A stretch of DNA of 64,000 nucleotides from Eledone cirrhosa. Its lineage: Eukaryota. A program made the position numbers and the translations under genes. Positions 13,667 through 25,868 of this stretch are shown piece by piece. Below the pieces are notes generated by a model. It saw nothing but the letters and a program-made list of their open reading frames with translations. It had not been told where the DNA came from and did not search any database. The stretch covers positions 148,490,001 to 148,554,000 of the forward strand of contig OZ024742.1 of the NCBI GenBank assembly GCA_964016885.1, read 5' to 3'. How positions within the stretch are numbered: position 1 is the stretch's first letter; every line of letters begins with the position of its first letter.

Positions 13667-14206
13667 ATAGAACAACAATATCATCAACAGTAAGTCTTTA
13701 TATGGAAATGCCATACTACCAGGAGTGTTAAATGATACTACCTTTATCAATATAAATGTAAATAGAACCTTGTGAATGAGGGTTGGTTGGTCAATATAAC
13801 AATTTGATACATTTTTACCTGATCGATTGTATCAAATTTATTTCATCTGAAGAATTTAACCAGGTATATTTCTGGTTATTATTTTATTGATCAAGTCCCG
13901 CCGAGGTTAACTTTGCCTTTCATCCTTACGGGGTCTATAAAATAAAGTACCAGTAATGTACTGGGATAATTGCTGGCCTTGTGCCAAAAGTAGAAATAAT
14001 TATTTTATTGATTAAGTGGTGGGTGGTGAATTGGCAGTATCGGTAGAGGGTCAGACGCCATGCTTTCTAGCATAGTTACGTCCCTTTACGATCTGAGTTC
14101 AAATCCCGCCGAGGTTGACTTTGCCTTTCATCCTTACGGGGTCGATAAAATAAAGTACCAGTAATGCACTGGGTAATTGCTGGCCTTGTGCCTAAAGCAG
14201 AAACAG
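13550..14206 (+). mobile_element. Tandem SINE A copies, the first interrupted by a ~300-bp AT-rich insert with (TAAA)n
   Basis: SINE head 13550-13587 resumes at ~13892. A second full copy lies at 14018-14206. Flanked by a 16-bp TSD. Confidence 0.8.
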
Positions 14207-14328
14207 TTATGTTCCAGTCTAATCTCTGCTAAGAACTAATGTTTTCAATCTTTATTAAACACTCTGATACGCTGGTGCTGCCTGGGGGTAAAGTTAAGGG
14301 TGCACCTGTGTGTGGTGTACTCCTAACG

Positions 14329-14360
<32 letters not shown>

Positions 14361-14374
14361 GTGTACTCCTAACG

Positions 14375-14406
<32 letters not shown>

Positions 14407-14420
14407 GTGTACTCCTAACG

Positions 14421-14454
<34 letters not shown>

Positions 14455-14468
14455 GCGTACTCCTCACG

Positions 14469-14502
<34 letters not shown>

Positions 14503-14516
14503 GCGTACTCCTCACG

Positions 14517-14550
<34 letters not shown>

Positions 14551-14564
14551 GTGTACTCCTAACG

Positions 14565-14598
<34 letters not shown>

Positions 14599-14612
14599 GC
14601 GTACTCCTAACG

Positions 14613-14650
<38 letters not shown>

Positions 14651-14664
14651 GTGTACTCCTAACG

Positions 14665-14700
<36 letters not shown>

Positions 14701-14761
14701 GTGTGGCGTACTCCTAACGTATATATATATGTGTGTGTGTGTGTGTGGCGTACTCCTAACG

Positions 14762-14799
<38 letters not shown>

Positions 14800-14857
14800 G
14801 TGTACTCCTAACGTATATATATATATATATGTGTGTGTGTGTGGTGTACTCCTAACG

Positions 14858-14891
<34 letters not shown>

Positions 14892-14905
14892 GTGTACTCC
14901 TAACG

Positions 14906-14937
<32 letters not shown>

Positions 14938-14951
14938 GCGTACTCCTAACG

Positions 14952-14997
<46 letters not shown>

Positions 14998-15011
14998 GTG
15001 TACTCCTAACG

Positions 15012-15043
<32 letters not shown>

Positions 15044-15057
15044 GTGTACTCCTAACG

Positions 15058-15095
<38 letters not shown>

Positions 15096-15283
15096 GCGTA
15101 CTCCTAACATATATATATATATATGTGTGTGTGTGGTGTGGCGTACTCCTAACGTATATATATATATATGTGTGTGTGTGTGTGGCGTACTCCTAACGTA
15201 TATATATATATATGTGTGTGTGTGTGGCGTACTCCTCACGTATATATATATATATGTGTGTGTGTGTGTGGCGTACTCATAAC

Positions 15284-15371
<88 letters not shown>

Positions 15372-15401
15372 AGATCAAAAGATGGTTAAAAGAGTTCCAT
15401 G

Positions 15402-15472
15402 TATTTTATTATGCACATTTCAAAAACAAATATCATCATGCAATAACATTTGTGTTTTCATCAGATAAAATG
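15402..15472 (-). ncRNA. Minimal type-I hammerhead ribozyme (inverted arm copy)
   Basis: Reverse complement reads attttat-CTGATGA-long stem II-GAAA-tgtgca-TA-ataaaat. Confidence 0.8.
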
Positions 15473-15610
15473 GGAGGACATGATATGAAGGTTAAAAACA
15501 CTTGTGGATAGTGCAGTTTTAAATCAACATATGAAAAGTAGTTTTAGATTGATGTGTGATATTGATGTGCACTATCCACAAGTGTTTTTAACCTTCATAT
15601 CATGTCCTCC

Positions 15611-15681
15611 TATTTTATCTGATGAAAACACAAATGTTATTGCATGATGATATTTGTTTTTGAAATGCGCATAATAAAATA
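15611..15681 (+). ncRNA. Minimal type-I hammerhead ribozyme
   Basis: tattttat-CTGATGA-aaacacaaatgttatt(gcat)gatgatatttgttttt-GAAA-TGCGCA-TA-ataaaata. Perfect 8-bp stem I, ~15-bp stem II, palindromic stem III and intact core. Confidence 0.88.
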
Positions 15682-15807
15682 CATGGAACTCATTTAACCA
15701 TCTTTTGATCTTATATATTATGTATACTCCAGTCCTACAAACTGTAGAGTGCTTCTTATCCGATATCTGCATTGCTTTATTGTACTACAATAAAACTCAC
15801 CTCCTAC

Positions 15808-15867
<60 letters not shown>

Positions 15868-15881
15868 GCGTACTCCTAACG

Positions 15882-15917
<36 letters not shown>

Positions 15918-15931
15918 GCGTACTCCTAACG

Positions 15932-15965
<34 letters not shown>

Positions 15966-16259
15966 GCGTACTTCTAACGTATAACTTTACCCCCAGGCAG
16001 CACCAGCGTATCAGAGTGTTTAACAAAGATTGAAAACATTAGTTCTTAGTAGACATTAGACTGTAACATAATGTCTTAAAATAAATGTCTCGTCCAACCC
16101 ATATATATATATATACATTAGGAGTGCGACACAGACAGGTGCACTCTTATTTTTCTCCCCAGGCACACCCATAAAGTTTTAGTAGTATATAACTACCAAA
16201 ATTATCGCTCTACATGGCTGAATACAATAAATGTAATCTGAGTTTTTCGAATATTAATA

Positions 16260-16443
16260 ATTGTTTCTACTTTAGGCACAAGGCCAGCAATTATCCAGTA
16301 CATTACTGGTACTTTATTTTATCGACCCCGTAAGGATGAAAGGCAAAGTTAACCTTGGCGGGATTTGAACTCAGACCGTAAAGGGACGTAACTATGCTAG
16401 AAAGCATGGCGTCCAACCCTCTACCGATACTGCCAATTCACCG
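16260..16443 (-). mobile_element. SINE family A, full length
   Basis: Matches consensus. The empty-site version of the host repeat is at ~61290-61320. Confidence 0.85.
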
Positions 16444-16566
16444 ATGATATTCGATTCGTTTGCAATTATGCAAACAGCCTCTTTTAAGCCATGTCAGTAG
16501 AATGAGCCCCTCATTGTAATTACTGAATATAATAAATGTATCGTTCAAAAATGTACATGGCATATA

Positions 16567-16621
<55 letters not shown>

Positions 16622-16625
<4 letters not shown>

Positions 16626-16920
16626 ATAAAATATAGAGAAAATACTGCAGGTAGCACATGGATACCATGTAATAAAATGAGTCCCTCATCAGTGATTTGC
16701 CGACGATCATAGATATTTCATTGCATTAAAAATCATATACCTCATGTCGGTGCAATAATAACCAAAATAAGTTATTAGGACAATTGAAACGCGTAAAGCG
16801 AGTGAGACAGGAGAACAACAAAGAGTATAGCTAACCGTAGGGGAAAGAAACAAGCTTCAAAATTATTCTGTTTAGCATAAGCTAGGTGAATATATGAGCG
16901 CTTTTAGAAAACAGACCTTA
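16622..16920. mobile_element. TA-flanked non-coding mini-element, related to 20531-20810 and 60069-60150
   Basis: Shared aataaaat.agtcc.tcatcagtg...atttca..gc.ttaaa.atcat.tacctc block. Confidence 0.6.
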
Positions 16921-17592
16921 TATATATATATATATATATGCCATGTACATTTTTGAACGAATGGTTAAGAATTTAAGAAGTTCACTTCGCAATTACGAAG
17001 CCCAAGCATTATGAATGAAATTGAGTTGAGAGAAACTGCCTGGAAGTTTTTTTCAAGGTTTGCTTCTACTTTTATTTTTCATTTTAATGGTTTCAGTCGT
17101 TGGACTGTGGTCACGTTGGAGCACCGCCTTAATTTATTTTCTTCAGTTTTGTTGTAGTTTTATGGCTAGAAGTTGGTTTAATATTGAATTTGTAGCAGTT
17201 GATCCTTTTTGAGTGCAACCTTCAATAGGATGGTCCTGTACCTTGCATCTCAACCCAACGGGAGATTATTAAATATAAAGATTTACATATACATAAAGTC
17301 ACAGATATATATGTGGCAACCGTTCACGATGTGGCTCAATGAAGAATTAATAAATTAAATAATCAGAGCAATATATCATAAATCATGTTCTTAGAATTAT
17401 TAGATAAAATATATACAATTTCCTTTCCCAATTAGCATAATTAACCATATAAAAAATCAATTAGACCAGGCTATAAGAATAAAGGCTATAAAAATAATAT
17501 ATATATATAGTAATAATAATAAAATTGAAGACTAAAATCCAAAGAGGGCTCGATAAGGATAAATATATATCAAATTATATATTTATATATAT

Positions 17593-17846
17593 GAACTCGC
17601 GACAAGATCCCAGACCTCATTCGCTTGCCGAGTGGGGTGGACCTCGTCAAATCGGACTAAGGGAACAATATTTCCAGTGGTCTTTCCATTGCTGATACTA
17701 TCTACCGGTCGCAACTCCTGGCAGAAGGAGCAACGTGAAATAAAGTGTCTTGCTGAAGGGCACAACGCATCACCCGGTCCGAGAATGGAACTCGCTACCT
17801 CACGATTGCGAAACCAACTCTCTAACTACTAAGCGACGCGCCTTCA
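17593..17846 (-). mobile_element. tRNA-derived SINE family B (Meta-domain-like tgtg.cctt.agcaagacactt)
   Basis: tRNA-like head plus conserved core. Other copies at 28430-28750 (+), 41385-41598 (-) and 42780-43090 (-). Confidence 0.7.
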
Positions 17847-18544
17847 TCATAATTTAATCTACCAAGGACTAATGTTTTCCACTTTTATTAAACACACTGG
17901 TACGCTGATGCTGCCTGGGAGTAACGTTAAGAGTACGCCCCTCTGTGACGTCTCCTAACAAACACATTAATTTAATGAGCAGCTAGTTCATTTATTCCAA
18001 CAACTACAACACCTATCATAGAAATTGACGGAGATTCATTTACATGCATATTTATACGTAAATAATGTATTAGGCATGTTTAACAAATCTTGATACACGG
18101 TTTACTCATACTGCGTTAAACTATGATTTGTGGTTCTTCCATATTCTTACCGAACAGACTCATGAATACACAAATTTATACGTACATGTCCATATGTGTA
18201 TTAAATGAGTTTTAATGAGTATATACTATATATGTATTTGTATACGCGCAAATGAAAGTGGGCGGACGTGAGCTAGGGAAGAACCGTGTTCGTTTATAAC
18301 GTAGTGTTTCAGTAAAATCCATTCACAAGCTTGACAGAGTGTGTGTATAAGAAAGTGAACAGAGTATCTAAAGATTAAAACGAATATGCATTTTCGCTCA
18401 CACTCATACACACACCCACGCACACACACACACACACTGACACATACACATACACACATATATATATGTATATATATAAATAAGCACACGCGAGTCCGTG
18501 TCCACGTTTGTGTGTGTGTGTGCGTATGTATATATATATATACA

Positions 18545-18779
<235 letters not shown>

Positions 18780-18861
18780 ATATAGTTTGCCTTGGTGGCC
18801 CTTGAAATATGTATAATGAAATAAATATGGTTTTATAAATATAGTTTCCATTTGTTGATAT

Positions 18862-18920
<59 letters not shown>

Positions 18921-18924
<4 letters not shown>

Positions 18925-20175
18925 CGTTTCTGAATTTGTTTAACAAGATTCTTTATCTGAAATCGTGTGTTGAAACCGATATTGTTATACTTTGGGAGGG
19001 TCATGTTGCCAATAAGAAACACACGCACCAGTTGCTTTCACTTCAATTTATTATATATTTATAAATTTATAAATTTATAAATTTCTGGTTGGTTGGTTCC
19101 ACAACCAGATAGTTGTTTATATATAGTCATAGTTCTTTCGTCACACACTCTGTGACCTCTTCAATGACTAGGGATTCCTTTCTTTGTTTCTGTGCCTCTC
19201 CTTTGTTCTGTCCTACGCCATTTTGTTTCTGTGTGTGTGTTGTGTGCTCAGTCTGTGCATGCGCCACATCCGGGTGTCTGTGTGTGTTTATGTTCATTTA
19301 TTTATTTGTTTATTTACATGTTACTGGTTGGTTGTTTGTTCTATGTGTGTGTGTGTTTTCATTTTGTCCTTAATTGTAAGTTGTGATGTTGCTGTTCCAC
19401 TCATATTTTCTATTTAATTTTGGTTGTAATTCTTTTATGTTTATTGCCTCTGTAATTTGTCTAAACATTGCGTCTTTTCTGTGTGTAGATTCCATTTTTA
19501 TTTCTATGTTCTCTAATTTACCCTTGTGTTCTATCTTAGCATGTTGGTAGAGTACAGATGATTCTTTATTATCTTGAAGGTCTCGCCAGTGTTCATTTAT
19601 CCGTTCCCCTACACTACGAGCTGTCTCACCTATGTACACTATATTTTTGTCTCTACATTGTCCTTCAGTACATCTTATGCTATACACTACATTTCTAGTT
19701 TTACAGTTAATATGGGGGCTTATTTTACAGGTTATACATTTCTTATCTATACATGAGGGTCTTTGAAAAGGGTATGTCTTGCTAATAAGTGTTTTTACGG
19801 AGGTACCTGGTCTTTCTACTATCTTAATATTGAGTTTATGTTTATTTAGGGCCCTTCTAAATTTGTAAGCTAATTCACCTCTAGGGGTTGTATTGATGAA
19901 CATTACACTCTGGTATTTATTGCTATCATACCATGAGTTTATTCTATTAGCCTTGTTCCTAGTTCTTTCTATTCTATTCCAAACTTTGCTCCTATACAAG
20001 GGGCAGGTCCCATTTATGTCATTATTTACCATTTTTTCCCATTTGGTTCTGGCTCCTCTATACACTCTGATTTTATCTCTCTGATTGTAGCCAGAGAACT
20101 GCATACGGTGGATGAAGTGTTGTATGTGTCTCTCTAGTTCTTCGGGGTTGCACATGCGGGACACATTTCTCATCA
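18921..20175 (-). mobile_element. 5'-truncated Penelope-like element with an intact GIY-YIG frame
   Basis: ORF 19370-~20175: MQFSGY..., CKTRNVVYSIRC...VYIGETARSVGERINEH...RQITEAINIKELQPKLNRKYEW. The 3' end abuts (TA)n. Confidence 0.9.
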
Positions 20176-20193
20176 TTAGACAACCATGCAGAA

Positions 20194-20488
20194 CATTAGA
20201 CAACCATGCAGAACAACTCCATCGCAGCTCTGTTGTTCGGCTGGCATTGTCTACGCGTGTGTTGCGCAAGTACTGTGAAATAATAAATTTCAACACTTCT
20301 TTGCACAGAGATAATATCCATAGGCGAAACTACAATTGTCACTGCTGGCGCAGCTCCTGCTTCGGCAGTCCAGGTCTGCAATTCATTCACCAAGTACCTG
20401 GCAGACAAAAAAGTGGTGCCATAAAATGGGTCGTGCAACCTAACTTTGGTAACTTACTCACCCCGAGCAACGCCTGGCTTTAATGGTA

Positions 20489-20489
<1 letters not shown>
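20194..20489 (+). mobile_element. Non-autonomous Helitron-like 3' end
   Basis: ccgagcaacgcctgg hairpin ~10 nt before gTAGT, similar to the Helitron end at 48986-49011. Confidence 0.5.
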
Positions 20490-20534
<45 letters not shown>

Positions 20535-20809
20535 GGCGTGCTGCGTGGTTACAAATGGGTTACATATGAATAAAATTAGTCCTTCATCAGTGGTCTTCCA
20601 CCCTTCATTGGGATTTCATCGCTTTAAAGATCATGTACCTCTGGTTGGTGCGAGCAACGGCTAAAGAAAGTCGTTGGGACACGTAAATAGGGGAAACGAG
20701 CGAGACAGTAAACAAACAAACAAATATGGTAATGCAACGAAAAGTGAGGAAGAAGGAATCAAGTCGCTGAAATCGATGAACATAAGTTCTGTGAAATCGT
20801 GGACGAGAG

Positions 20810-20890
<81 letters not shown>

Positions 20891-20936
20891 CATATATATA
20901 TGTATATATGCATATATATATATATACATATATATA

Positions 20937-21002
<66 letters not shown>

Positions 21003-21006
<4 letters not shown>

Positions 21007-21366
21007 GAAAGTATATACTTTCAGACGTTCAATTATCTGGCAGGAAGGTATACGATGCTGACGATAGCTAATAAGCTTGAAACTAGAACATTGTTCCTTT
21101 GTCAGTGTTGAACAAAAGGGCAACGATGGTTGCTAAACACTGTACGGCTAAATTCGGGATGTTTGTTTACAATCAAACCGAACATTATAATAAATGTTCG
21201 GTACACCGATACTTACACATATATATATATGTGTACATGTATGTATATATATATACATACTACTGTACGTCTGTATACATATATGTATGTACGTATACAT
21301 ACTTACATTTAAGTAACTGCCGTACTAAGAGTGAGAAATGAAATTTCATTTCATTTTTTCCATTTA
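21003..21366 (+). mobile_element. Retrozyme-like hammerhead element, family F3 (single arm with tail)
   Basis: Homologous to 37241-37819 and 58128-59152. Hammerhead at 21052-21094 has compensatory stem I changes but U16.1->A. Confidence 0.85.
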
Positions 21367-21404
21367 TCATATATATATATATATATCCATATATATATAT
21401 ATAA

Positions 21405-21567
<163 letters not shown>

Positions 21568-21952
21568 TGTGTGTGTGAATTAGCAGACACGAAAATTAAC
21601 TGCGGTAAGAAATTTTTCTTATATCAAAGTTTAATGGGCTTCCACTGATGATTTATAAGTACCCACCTAATTATATTCTTACATGAAAATATATTAGGCT
21701 TCTACATAAACTGGAAACATTCTCCCAACTTGTAGAAAACTTATAATGAAACAATTGTTTGGAAAGAGAGATATATTTTAACTTTAATTATATCTCATAT
21801 AAAATAATACAACTGGCTTTCCACAAAATACATATAGTTAGCACCCCAGACACTAAATTAGGTTCATACTAACGTATAACCTAATGTTTGTTGAGTGAGA
21901 TGGTTACCAGTCGGAGTTTAGCGTAAAGCTTTCTCTGTTATTGTATTAATAA

Positions 21953-21983
<31 letters not shown>

Positions 21984-22342
21984 CGTACATACACCCACAT
22001 ACGCATACACACACAAACACACAGTGATTACTTTTTTATATTTTCAATGTATGTTCTGATGATCATTATCGTGATTGTTATCGTTTCGTTAGTGACTATA
22101 ACAACAACAATAACACTAGTTTGTACATACTGTGCTCTGCCCTGGGGCAACTGGCTCTCCAGCAACTTAACTTTTTAGACTTTATTCATTTACTAATTGT
22201 GTTTTCAAAAATATACAATTGACTAATTGAATTTCGATGTAGGATTCATATTTATATGAACATAAGACGTTAGGGGTTTAGAGCTTCGAAAGTACAGGCT
22301 CATACACACACAAACACACACACATATATATATATATGTATG

Positions 22343-22379
<37 letters not shown>

Positions 22380-22406
22380 ATGTATACATATATATATACA
22401 TATATA

Positions 22407-22456
<50 letters not shown>

Positions 22457-22541
22457 TGTACATATATATGTATACATACACATATATATATACATATAAT
22501 TATATACATATTCGTGTGTGTATACATATGTGTGTGTACAC

Positions 22542-22620
<79 letters not shown>

Positions 22621-22654
22621 CACACGCACAAATACACATCTATCTATCTGTCTG

Positions 22655-22697
<43 letters not shown>

Positions 22698-22786
22698 CTC
22701 TCTCTCCCTCTCTTTCTCTCTGAATCTCTCTCTCCCTCTCTCTCTCTCACCGTATTATATATATATCGCTCTCTGTGTGTGTGTAT

Positions 22787-22921
<135 letters not shown>

Positions 22922-23707
22922 GAGAGAGAGAGAGAGAGTGAGAGGAAGACAGACAGATATGTATGTATGTGTCAGTGTTTGTGTGAACGACTGCGTCTGT
23001 GCGTACATCTTAGTGTGAGTGTATATATATATATGCATTAATATATTATTTTCTTTGAGATTTATTTAAGTTCTTTTTACAAAATTCAAGCAGGTCATTA
23101 ACAAAGTAACAAGACTATTTTGTTTGAGTAAAGACGTTTCCAGGTATTTGTAAATAAGTCTGTGGGGGTAAATTGGACATCGATGTCATCGTGGAACTTG
23201 CACATATGTTATAAATCAGTCATGGGTACGTTTGGATTCCTGAATGGCACACCTAATTTCCCAAATTGTCTTGAATTTTTTAGTAATGCGACCTTATGAG
23301 AAGTCACATCCTATGTGGCCCACCTTATGAGAAGTCACATCCTACGCGGCCCACTGTTCGAAAAAGGTTTGCGCATGCTTGTTATAAATAGTTCCTCTAG
23401 TACACGGCTGTTTACATGAGTATGCGCACACGCATGTGTGTCTGTATGTGTTTGTGTGTGATTGTTTTTTTTTATGTATGTGTGAGTCAAAAGAGTTAAC
23501 TGACTGTCTCGTTAGAACGTCGAATAGGATGCTTTGAGGTATTCGTTCCAAATCTCTGCGTTCTGCGAGTTAAAAGCACGCTCGCTGAATTCTAATCTTG
23601 CCTTTCATTATTTCGAGGATAAGTTAACCTCGGCGGGATTTGAACTCAGACTGGCAAGGGCCGTAACTCTGTGCGTCAAATTTGAATCATTATTATTTTG
23701 TGCGGAG

Positions 23708-23892
23708 CGGTGGATTGGCAGTATCGGTAGAGGGTCGGTCGCCATGCTTTCCAGCATAGTTACGTCTCTTTATGATCTGAGTTCAAATCCCGCCGAGGTT
23801 AACTTTGCCTTTCATCCTTACGGGGTCGATAAAATAAAGTACCAGTAATGCTCTGGGTAATTGCTGGCCTTGTGCCAAAAGTAGAAACAATT
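23708..23892 (+). mobile_element. SINE family A, with a short inverted SINE piece upstream and TSD attatttcgaggataag
   Basis: Matches consensus. 17-bp duplication at 23607-23623 and 23890-23906. Confidence 0.8.
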
Positions 23893-24482
23893 ATTTCGAG
23901 GATAAGAAAGTACCGTTCCAGTACTTTGATGATTCTTCCTCCATATCTCTTTCTCACTCCTCCTCTTCTCTCATTCTTTTTCATTCTATGGAAGAAATTG
24001 ACTGTTCCGACCTGGGGATAGGATGGGCTACGCCCAATCTAAAGTAGCTTGGTCACGTCGTATGTCACTAGGGCACCCCTATAATTCCATCTGGAGATAC
24101 ATACATACATACATGATGGCTGCCCCCTCGTCGTTATTGAGTATGGCCATTACACGATATACCATGATTAATAATTATTAGTTAATTCTATTGAGCAATG
24201 CCTGTGCGTGAAGATATTTTTTAAAGTGAGGAAAGAATGTGCACTGATCAAATCCCACTCTCTGGGCGACAGTAGGTATAACCCGAAAAGAAGAAAAGAT
24301 CAACATCATCGGTAACTACCGAGCCGCAGTTTTTATATCGAAGTTATTCCAGTTTCCTGAGTTGCCTTCTCCAAGAAGTATGTCCAGATAAAGGCTAGGA
24401 GACCTTCACTCCCAGTGGTTTAACCTCGCGATCGGGTATCCAGTCCGACTTACATACGCATGCACACATGCATATACATATA

Positions 24483-24555
<73 letters not shown>

Positions 24556-24560
<5 letters not shown>

Positions 24561-24757
24561 AGTAAGTAAGACCCCGACGGCTGAGCTCAAGCCGTTTCGA
24601 CGGCTAATTCTGTACTGGCAGTACAGAATTAGCCGTCGAAACGGCTTGAGCTCAGCCGTCGGGGTCTTACTTACTCCTATTACCCACTCTACTACCCTAA
24701 GTATTGAGTACTTTGGTGCGTTATGGTCCACCTGGTTCCTTACCACTTTTCCCTCGC
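24556..24757 (+). mobile_element. Family F1 fold-back element (perfect 62-bp arms, 1-nt loop, 77-bp tail)
   Basis: Arms 24556-24617 and 24619-24680, tail 24681-24757, in (TA)n. Confidence 0.9.
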
Positions 24758-25554
24758 TATATATATATATATATATACATATTTACACATTTTGGGATGG
24801 CTGTTGACTCTTATGAGTTCTCCCGCCTTTTGTCAGGCTTTGTTTTTTGTCCTGCAGGGTGTCCAAAATCACCCTCCTCGCCAAGTAAGCTTGGTGGGGT
24901 TGCCAATTTAGTCGCCGCCGACCAGACCATGCGACAGGTTGTACTGGGTTACATGTTACCAGTAGCACTCAAAAGTGACTCGACATACATACATACATAC
25001 ATACATACATACATGATGGCTGCAAACTCTGCTAAGAGTATTGCAATCGCTTGTCAGATTACAGAAAATGGTGCACCTTTAGTCTACGGCCAGCCACACG
25101 AACCTGTAGCATATCCTGAACAAGCAATGCCTGAGCTTTGAATGTTTTTTTAAGTGGGAGAAAGGCCTTACACTCGACTAATCCCACTCTCTGAGCATCG
25201 AAAACTCTATACGAAAAGGAGAACTAGTCAACATCATCGGATGCTTCCGAAGCCGCAGGTTCTTTTCTTCAGAATTTCCCCCTCTCCTTGTGACAACAAC
25301 TGGGGGCCTTTCACTCCCAGGTGAAAAACAAAAGTACTGTTTGGATGGTCGTTGACTCTGCTGAGTTCCTCTGCCCTTTGCCGAGTCTTGTATTTCATCC
25401 CGCAGGGTGTCCAAATATCATCCTCCTCACCAAGCAAGCTTGGTGGGGTTGTTGTGGGGTGTACTGTGTAACATGTTATCAGTAGCACTCAAGAGCAACC
25501 TGACATACATACATACATACATGCATACATATATGCATAAATGTATACAAACAT

Positions 25555-25868
25555 ATTAGGAAATTAAAAGTACAATCCATTAATGGAACTGTAAAAATAT
25601 GCAAAACATTCCAAAAATGCTGCATGTAATAACTTCATATACACATGTTCAGATATAAAACATATGCACATGCACACATAACTCAAATCATCCACATCCA
25701 CACATATAATAACATCCATACCTGCACATACACACACAAATACACAAACATACAACAACATACATATTTACCTAGTTGATGTCTAAATTCCAATGAAGAG
25801 TCTTCTGTCTATGTAAGGAACCAATTTTCTACTGATAAAGATTTATAAAATTATAAAACCAGAAGAAC
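25555..25868 (+). mobile_element. R4/Dong-like LINE 3' terminus in (CATA)n
   Basis: LRKLKVQSINGTVKICKTF-like end plus a 3'UTR ending aaaccagaagaaCATACATA, colinear with 52770-53075. Confidence 0.85.

Larger units (their letters stand above)
15363..15810 (+). mobile_element. Asymmetric fold-back element, family F2, with a hammerhead in each arm
   Basis: Arms 15363-15515 and 15568-15720 (~150 bp, few mismatches), a 52-bp spacer and a ~90-bp tail 15721-15810. (TA)n on both sides. Confidence 0.9.
14307..15980 (+). repeat. Composite minisatellite (TG)n-GGYGTACTCCTAACG-(TA)n, ~24 units
   Basis: A constant ~15-nt core separated by variable TA and TG runs, interrupted by the element at 15363-15810. 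Confidence 0.95.
13174..16516. repeat. Large inverted duplication (arms ~13174-14296 and ~15980-16516)
   Basis: For example, 13345-13549 is the near-exact reverse complement of 16056-16260. The left arm carries a later SINE cluster with 16-bp TSD ttatgtt(a/c)cagtctaa (13534-13549 and 14207-14222). Confidence 0.9.

Noticed and set aside
14018-14120. tRNA-like A/B boxes
   Set aside because: These are SINE heads; no complete cloverleaf.
14307-15980. CRISPR-like repeat-spacer appearance
   Set aside because: The spacers are only TA/TG runs, the core is ~15 nt, there are no cas genes and the context is eukaryotic.
20176-20296. N-terminus of the 308-aa ORF 19370-20296
   Set aside because: PLE homology stops at ~20175, at a 20-bp tandem duplication. 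The upstream codons come from an unrelated Helitron-like fragment.
21640-21700. CTGATGA...GAAA-atatat-TA hammerhead-like string
   Set aside because: Stem I does not pair and stem II is weak; at most a degenerate remnant.
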